From the IMG/VR virus record IMGVR_UViG_3300020536_000659: DNA of 20,000 nt, one strand, 5' to 3'. The stretch is from an uncultured virus (IMG/VR IMGVR_UViG_3300020536_000659) (Duplodnaviria; Heunggongvirae; Uroviricota; Caudoviricetes). The position numbers and the translations under genes were made by a program. Shown here piece after piece: positions 15,716 to 20,000 of this stretch; the first letter of the stretch is position 1; every line of letters begins with the position of its first letter. A model generated the notes under the pieces. It did no database searches. It had not been told where the DNA came from and was given only the letters and a program-made list of their open reading frames with translations.

Positions 15716-16384
15716 CTATTTTTTTTCCAATGCAGCAGTTGCTGCTTCACGAGCAGTTTTTTCTAAACGTTTCATTTCTGGAGCTTCACGAGTGGTTTCT
15801 ATATATGTAGAAAATTGTCCCATATCGCCTTCCGGATGGGCGGCGAAGAAATCCTTCAAGCTCGGAGGTGGAATAAAAGCCCTGTCCAGCAATTTTTCTT
15901 TATCAACTGTCAAAGTAACTTTACCATTCTTAACAACAGCTTTATGACCATCTTCTTGATGATGTAGAGTGACTTCACCGCCTTCCACTTTATGCACTGT
16001 CCATTCTTCGCTCAGCTGTTTTGATTCATTTAATCCATCGTGTTTATCGCATATTTCCTGTGCTGCTTTTTCTGCAGATCTTTGTAATTCGGCATACCCA
16101 CCAGCAATTTCTATTGTTTTTGCATGATGAACATCAACACTTAATACGCCATTAGGTGATCTAACAAATTCAGCTGTATGGCCATCTGTGTGATGAAGTT
16201 TGCCGCTTACTAAGGGTACGTCTGGATCGTGACCACCATATCCCCTCCCATCATTATCTGGGTGTAGGGGTTCGGCGTTCACTTCATGCGCTGTCCATTC
16301 TTCGCTCAATTGTTTTGGTCCATCCAGTCTAGCAATACGAGCTTGCTCTGATATAAACTTGGCGTAACGATCAATATTAGACAT
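15716..16384 (-). CDS. late protein with two tandem homologous domains, probable internal head protein
   Basis: N-terminal YAKFISE. KQLSEEWT(A/V)H occurs twice, with an 18-bp exact DNA repeat at 15997-16014 and 16291-16308. Confidence 0.7.
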   Translation of the reverse strand: MSNIDRYAKFISEQARIARLDGPKQLSEEWTAHEVNAEPLHPDNDGRGYGGHDPDVPLVSGKLHHTDGHTAEFVRSPNGVLSVDVHHAKTIEIAGGYAELQRSAEKAAQEICDKHDGLNESKQLSEEWTVHKVEGGEVTLHHQEDGHKAVVKNGKVTLTVDKEKLLDRAFIPPPSLKDFFAAHPEGDMGQFSTYIETTREAPEMKRLEKTAREAATAALEKK

Positions 16385-16411
16385 TTTGGCTCCCTGGATT
16401 TTGTTTCTATC

Positions 16412-16419
16412 TATTTATA
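16412..16419 (-). promoter_or_regulatory. T4-type late promoter TATAAATA
   Basis: Exact consensus, intergenic, upstream of the start at 16384. Confidence 0.8.
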
Positions 16420-16430
16420 AAAACTATAAT

Positions 16431-16964
16431 TTAAATCCAAGAAGGGGCGACTCGTTTCTTCCAACTGTGAAGATGCGTTTTACCTTGTCGATAGTAATTG
16501 CGATAATTCAAAATTGGGTCTACCGACACTTTATATTTTTCGTCCATACAAGAAGGCATCACAGTGCAGTCGTCTATTTTAATTCTTCCGGGAAGAGTTC
16601 CAAGAACGAAAATCATTCCCGTTGTTTCTACCTTGTGTTTCTTTCCATATCGATAGGTGTATTCCTCCAGCAAAGCAAGAAGGTGGCGATAGAGCCAGTT
16701 GTAATTACCAGAGGTTTCTCTGGCCCAAATAGCCGATGGATGGTTTATGTGAGTCGCCGAATAGATAGTTTCGTTTCGCGAATCGGGAAGAGCATAAACC
16801 TTTTTCTTCCTGCCATTAACAACATCCACTCTCATCGTCCCATCAAGAACGCGATGGGCAGTTGATAGCAGCTGTGCTGTTTCGAGGATCATTTTTACGA
16901 CATGTTTGTCAACCATCCAACGCGCACACTGAACAGGATTCTCAGACAAATAAAATATATTCAT
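16431..16964 (-). CDS. pyrimidine-dimer DNA glycosylase / endonuclease V (Pyr_excise) family protein
   Basis: MNIFYL...DKHVVKMILETAQLLSTAH, THINHPSAIW, NYNWL, EYTYRYGKKH and YRNYY. Confidence 0.8.
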   Translation of the reverse strand: MNIFYLSENPVQCARWMVDKHVVKMILETAQLLSTAHRVLDGTMRVDVVNGRKKKVYALPDSRNETIYSATHINHPSAIWARETSGNYNWLYRHLLALLEEYTYRYGKKHKVETTGMIFVLGTLPGRIKIDDCTVMPSCMDEKYKVSVDPILNYRNYYRQGKTHLHSWKKRVAPSWI

Positions 16965-17263
16965 TACTTCTTTCTTCCTAGTGCGTTAGCATCATCTTTT
17001 TTGGTCACGAATTGATACGCGCCTTTGTTGCAAATAGGGGCAACGCTTGTCATATTCAAAGTCATTTCTGCTTTAACTTGTTTCGACTCATTACGAGTTT
17101 GATCGAAGAAATTTCTAGCAGGAGTATACACCATATTGTTGGAACACTCTGGAAGATCGGGAGTTTCCCTCATCCAAGAAAAGTCAGGAGCGTTCCAGCT
17201 ACGACCACGCAGAGGCTTTCTTCGCGTGCGAGGCTTTTTCCTTAGCGATCCTAAGACTGCCAT
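16964..17263 (-). CDS. conserved hypothetical protein of T4-like phages
   Basis: C-terminal APxxNKGAYQ...GRK motif, AAGGA SD, sigma70-type promoter upstream. Confidence 0.7.
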   Translation of the reverse strand: MAVLGSLRKKPRTRRKPLRGRSWNAPDFSWMRETPDLPECSNNMVYTPARNFFDQTRNESKQVKAEMTLNMTSVAPICNKGAYQFVTKKDDANALGRKK

Positions 17264-17294
17264 AACAAAATCCTTTCAATTATTACAACTTATA

Positions 17295-17323
17295 AGTCTA
17301 CTATAAATTTTGGTAATTGTCAA
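17295..17323 (-). promoter_or_regulatory. sigma70-like (early) promoter
   Basis: TTGACA-17 nt-TAGACT with an A-rich UP element, intergenic. Confidence 0.75.
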
Positions 17324-17334
17324 GTCTTTTTTTA

Positions 17335-17952
17335 TTAATTTTTATGAATAAAAGAAAAATCTTCCGAGATATCGTCCATGCCGATAGTCTCTAATTGTTC
17401 TTCAACTGGAAACTGTAGATTATTATCTTCTAGAAGTTTTTGAGTTATTGGATAAAAGGTGTTCACGATAACAGCCTGCCCACCAATAACTTTAGTTGAA
17501 CATTTGGCTATAACAGATTGACCCAGCAAAGTGTTGTTCTCGTTGACGACTGCATGGGCCACTCCTGTTTTCTCGTTATAAACACCTAGGAATGCCACGA
17601 ATAGAGAAACAACTGATTGGGTGTTGCCTCTGAATTTTTTCATATCGCTCTTGTCACACACAACAACAAGATGAATCTTGTCGTTTTCGACAAACATATA
17701 TTTGCCCTGTTGTGGTAACTTTTTATAAAAGAGTCTAGAAAGAAATGGCATGTTTCCTAAGAGCTCTCTAGGAAAAACACCATGGGCTTTTTGTTGAGGA
17801 ATGACAGCTTTCTCGACCCAGTGAATATAACCATGAAGACCGAAATAGTTTCTCGCTTCTCTAATCTCATACATCATATCTCTTGTGCGATATGGATCCA
17901 TTATATCCATATCAGAGATAGTGCAGTCATAATCAATTTCAATTGTCATCAA
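17335..17952 (-). CDS. hypothetical protein (205 aa)
   Basis: Long ORF overlapping the upstream gene, GAGG SD. No recognised motif. Confidence 0.7.
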   Translation of the reverse strand: MMTIEIDYDCTISDMDIMDPYRTRDMMYEIREARNYFGLHGYIHWVEKAVIPQQKAHGVFPRELLGNMPFLSRLFYKKLPQQGKYMFVENDKIHLVVVCDKSDMKKFRGNTQSVVSLFVAFLGVYNEKTGVAHAVVNENNTLLGQSVIAKCSTKVIGGQAVIVNTFYPITQKLLEDNNLQFPVEEQLETIGMDDISEDFSFIHKN

Positions 17953-18157
17953 CCACCCTCAAAAAACTATTGACTATAGCCATAAACTCTTCATCAGTTT
18001 CTGCTACCAAAACCTGTTTCATAAAATCCTCAATGGAATCATGTTTGCTGTTGTTTCGCAAAACTCGAGTTACTTTGCTGATGATTGTGAAAGAATGATC
18101 ATCAGGTGAAATTCTGATTGAGAGTTCTGGATGTCTCAGCGAGGGTTGTTCGGTCAT
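17939..18157 (-). CDS. small conserved hypothetical protein
   Basis: HPELSIRI...SFTIISKVTRVLR...FMK helical pattern. The ATG at 18157 is preferred over 18184. Confidence 0.6.
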   Translation of the reverse strand: MTEQPSLRHPELSIRISPDDHSFTIISKVTRVLRNNSKHDSIEDFMKQVLVAETDEEFMAIVNSFLRVVDDN

Positions 18158-18200
18158 TTTTTTCTTTCCCCGTTTTATTCCCAAAAGGATTCTTTGTTTA

Positions 18201-19244
18201 CTAGTAATTATCCGTTTGTCTCCTAACTTTCACAACATTATTTTGAAGATAATAATAGTCTTTGATGAGATCGTCAACACAGGCAATATTTAAATATGTC
18301 ATGGCAGAACGAAGTCCGTTTTCAATCTCAGTGATTCTTTCCTCAACGCTCATGTTTCTGGAAATCAAAACAGATTTACCTTCTGGTGAAGAATATTTAT
18401 TCTCTGGTTTATAAGATTTAGACTCTTCACTAGAAGAACCATAAAACTTATTTCCAGTTTCAGTCAAACCAGCAAACATTCCGCCCATCATAACCTCATG
18501 GGCACCCGCCACAAAAGCTTTTGTTACATCTCCGGGATTGCGAATGCCACCATCGGAAATGATATAAACGTTTTCGAAAAGCTTTTCGTTTTCTTTTTTG
18601 CAAGCTTCTAGTTGTTTTCTCGCATCACAAATAAGACTATATTGAGGAGCGCCGACTCCAGTCATCAATCTTGTTGTGCAAACTGAGCCAGAACCAATAC
18701 CAAACTTCAGTCCTATTGATTTGATATTTGGAAAAGATTCTCGAGCTCGGAGATATGCAATCAAATAATGAATTGTCTCCGCGTTACCCAGATTTCCAAA
18801 AATAACATTTTTGAATGGCGCTTCTCTCAAAAATCTGATTGTGGAGGTCCAAAAGTTATCCGAATGTCCATTGGCCAAATCAAAACAAACAGTCTTATCA
18901 CAAAGAACAAACTTCTCGCTCAGAAGATACCAAATCTCTTTCATCTTTGCAAAGTCTTGATCTGTAAACCCAAAGGTTGGAATAACATTTTTGACCAAAG
19001 ACCAATCTGATTCTTTGATAAACGTTCTCCAATCAATGATGGAAACGTGTTTGTCGATGTATGTTTTCCAACCACGAGCCGATGCAATCTTTGCCACTTT
19101 AAGAGTTCCAATATTTTCCATATTGGCTATCGATAGAGGCACAGAGTTTTCAGATGTGTGTAGTTGTGGTTGAGATCTTGAATTCAGTCTAGAGAACATT
19201 TCAGGCAGCAGCAGTACGTCTTGAAAATCAAGGTATTCTCTCAT
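18201..19244 (-). CDS. guaC: GMP reductase (IMPDH/GMPR family)
   Basis: LDFQDVLLLP, ANM, DLANGH, catalytic GIGSGSVCTTR, SDGGI, GGMFAG, FYGSSS, EGK and GLRSAMTY. It is 347 aa with no CBS domains. Confidence 0.85.
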   Translation of the reverse strand: MREYLDFQDVLLLPEMFSRLNSRSQPQLHTSENSVPLSIANMENIGTLKVAKIASARGWKTYIDKHVSIIDWRTFIKESDWSLVKNVIPTFGFTDQDFAKMKEIWYLLSEKFVLCDKTVCFDLANGHSDNFWTSTIRFLREAPFKNVIFGNLGNAETIHYLIAYLRARESFPNIKSIGLKFGIGSGSVCTTRLMTGVGAPQYSLICDARKQLEACKKENEKLFENVYIISDGGIRNPGDVTKAFVAGAHEVMMGGMFAGLTETGNKFYGSSSEESKSYKPENKYSSPEGKSVLISRNMSVEERITEIENGLRSAMTYLNIACVDDLIKDYYYLQNNVVKVRRQTDNY

Positions 19245-19257
19245 AACAATTCCTTTA

Positions 19258-19608
19258 TTATAGGTTTGGCTTTTCAGAATTTTTCTGTCTAATTTCTTCT
19301 TGCTTTTTCCAGCATCTAGCTATTTCTAACTTGCCGCAAAAATCTGGATCATAATTATAACAGCTAGCATGGGCGGCGAAAGTAACCATTACACCGCCAA
19401 CTTCTTGTTCCATTTTTCCTTTCGGTCTGGAATAAACATAATCAAGAATCTTGGAAGCATCCTCTTTAGTCATGTTGCAAGATTGCACCAATTCTAGACA
19501 CTCTTCCAGAAATCTCTCATTACGAATCTTTTTGTTTAAGATTGATTCTTTGCCGAATGTATCGACAACCCATTTTCTGGTTTCTTTTATAAAGGAAAAC
19601 TTCATCAA
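19258..19608 (-). CDS. MazG-like NTP pyrophosphohydrolase
   Basis: RFLEECLELVQ (EExxE) and a second acidic helix QEVGG. All-helical, about 115 aa. Confidence 0.6.
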   Translation of the reverse strand: MMKFSFIKETRKWVVDTFGKESILNKKIRNERFLEECLELVQSCNMTKEDASKILDYVYSRPKGKMEQEVGGVMVTFAAHASCYNYDPDFCGKLEIARCWKKQEEIRQKNSEKPNL

Positions 19609-19678
19609 GATATTGTCCTTTGGAGCGGACGACAGGTATCTCGCCTGCCTCTTTGGTTTTAGCTTCGAGGCGACAACG

Positions 19679-20000
19679 TCATTGCTTCTGGAACACCGCT
19701 TTGAGGCCGCCCTTCTTCACAAGCTCTAGGCCAATAGTCTTGGCGAACTTGGTGAACTGTTTGAAGTTGAAGAGTTGGATGTCGTCAGTGACGATCACAC
19801 CACCCCTCACCATGCGTGGTGCGAAAAACGCGGCTTCCTTCTCCACCAGTTCTACGCGGTGCGGGCCGTCCAAGTGAGCGAAACAGTATTCGTTCACCAA
19901 CATCCGCACACCGCCGCTATAGATCGGTACGCCGTCTGGAAAGAAGGCGAAGAAGTCGTCGTCGGCCAGATTGAAAAACTGGAAGTTGATCTTGTGGTGG
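19679..20000 (-). CDS. class I SAM-dependent methyltransferase (Methyltransf_24/TylF-like), 5'-truncated by window edge
   Basis: The frame stays open to the window end (...HHKINFQFFNLADDDFFAFFPDGVPIY...). HLDGPH and GGVIVTDD motifs. Confidence 0.75.
   Translation of the reverse strand, partial: HHKINFQFFNLADDDFFAFFPDGVPIYSGGVRMLVNEYCFAHLDGPHRVELVEKEAAFFAPRMVRGGVIVTDDIQLFNFKQFTKFAKTIGLELVKKGGLKAVFQKQ

Noticed and set aside
16386..16865. 159-aa plus-strand ORF and other short plus-strand or nested ORFs
   Set aside because: They are antisense to, or nested in, well-supported minus-strand genes and show no motifs.
1..20000. Stop-codon reassignment, tRNAs, introns/inteins, endolysin
   Set aside because: Conserved genes are full length in code 11 and coding density is high. 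No cloverleafs, intein motifs or muralytic domains were recognised.

Overview
This is a 20 kb segment of a large T4-like (Tevenvirinae-related) myovirus genome. It is AT-rich, uses the standard genetic code, and every credible gene lies on the minus strand. The T4-like call rests on a gp61-type primase, a DenA-like GIY-YIG nuclease and nine intergenic gp55-type late promoter motifs (TATAAATA or NNTAAATA). Two-component spanins point to a Gram-negative host. The window has four parts. (1) Nucleotide and auxiliary metabolism genes: partial speD, class II B12-dependent nrdJ, thyA, GMP reductase, a MazG-like pyrophosphatase and a partial SAM methyltransferase in a GC-rich tract. (2) A late lysis-type cassette with i-spanin, o-spanin, a 3-TM protein and an unusual TM/coiled-coil/PAS-PAC protein. 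(3) A late cluster of probable head-packaged proteins carrying T4 internal-protein-like targeting motifs, including a PD-(D/E)XK nuclease-like, KxDG ligase-like and HxGH nucleotidyltransferase-like trio. (4) An alveolin-like (EVIKEVPV)n repeat protein. All family assignments come from motif recognition by eye; no searches were run.
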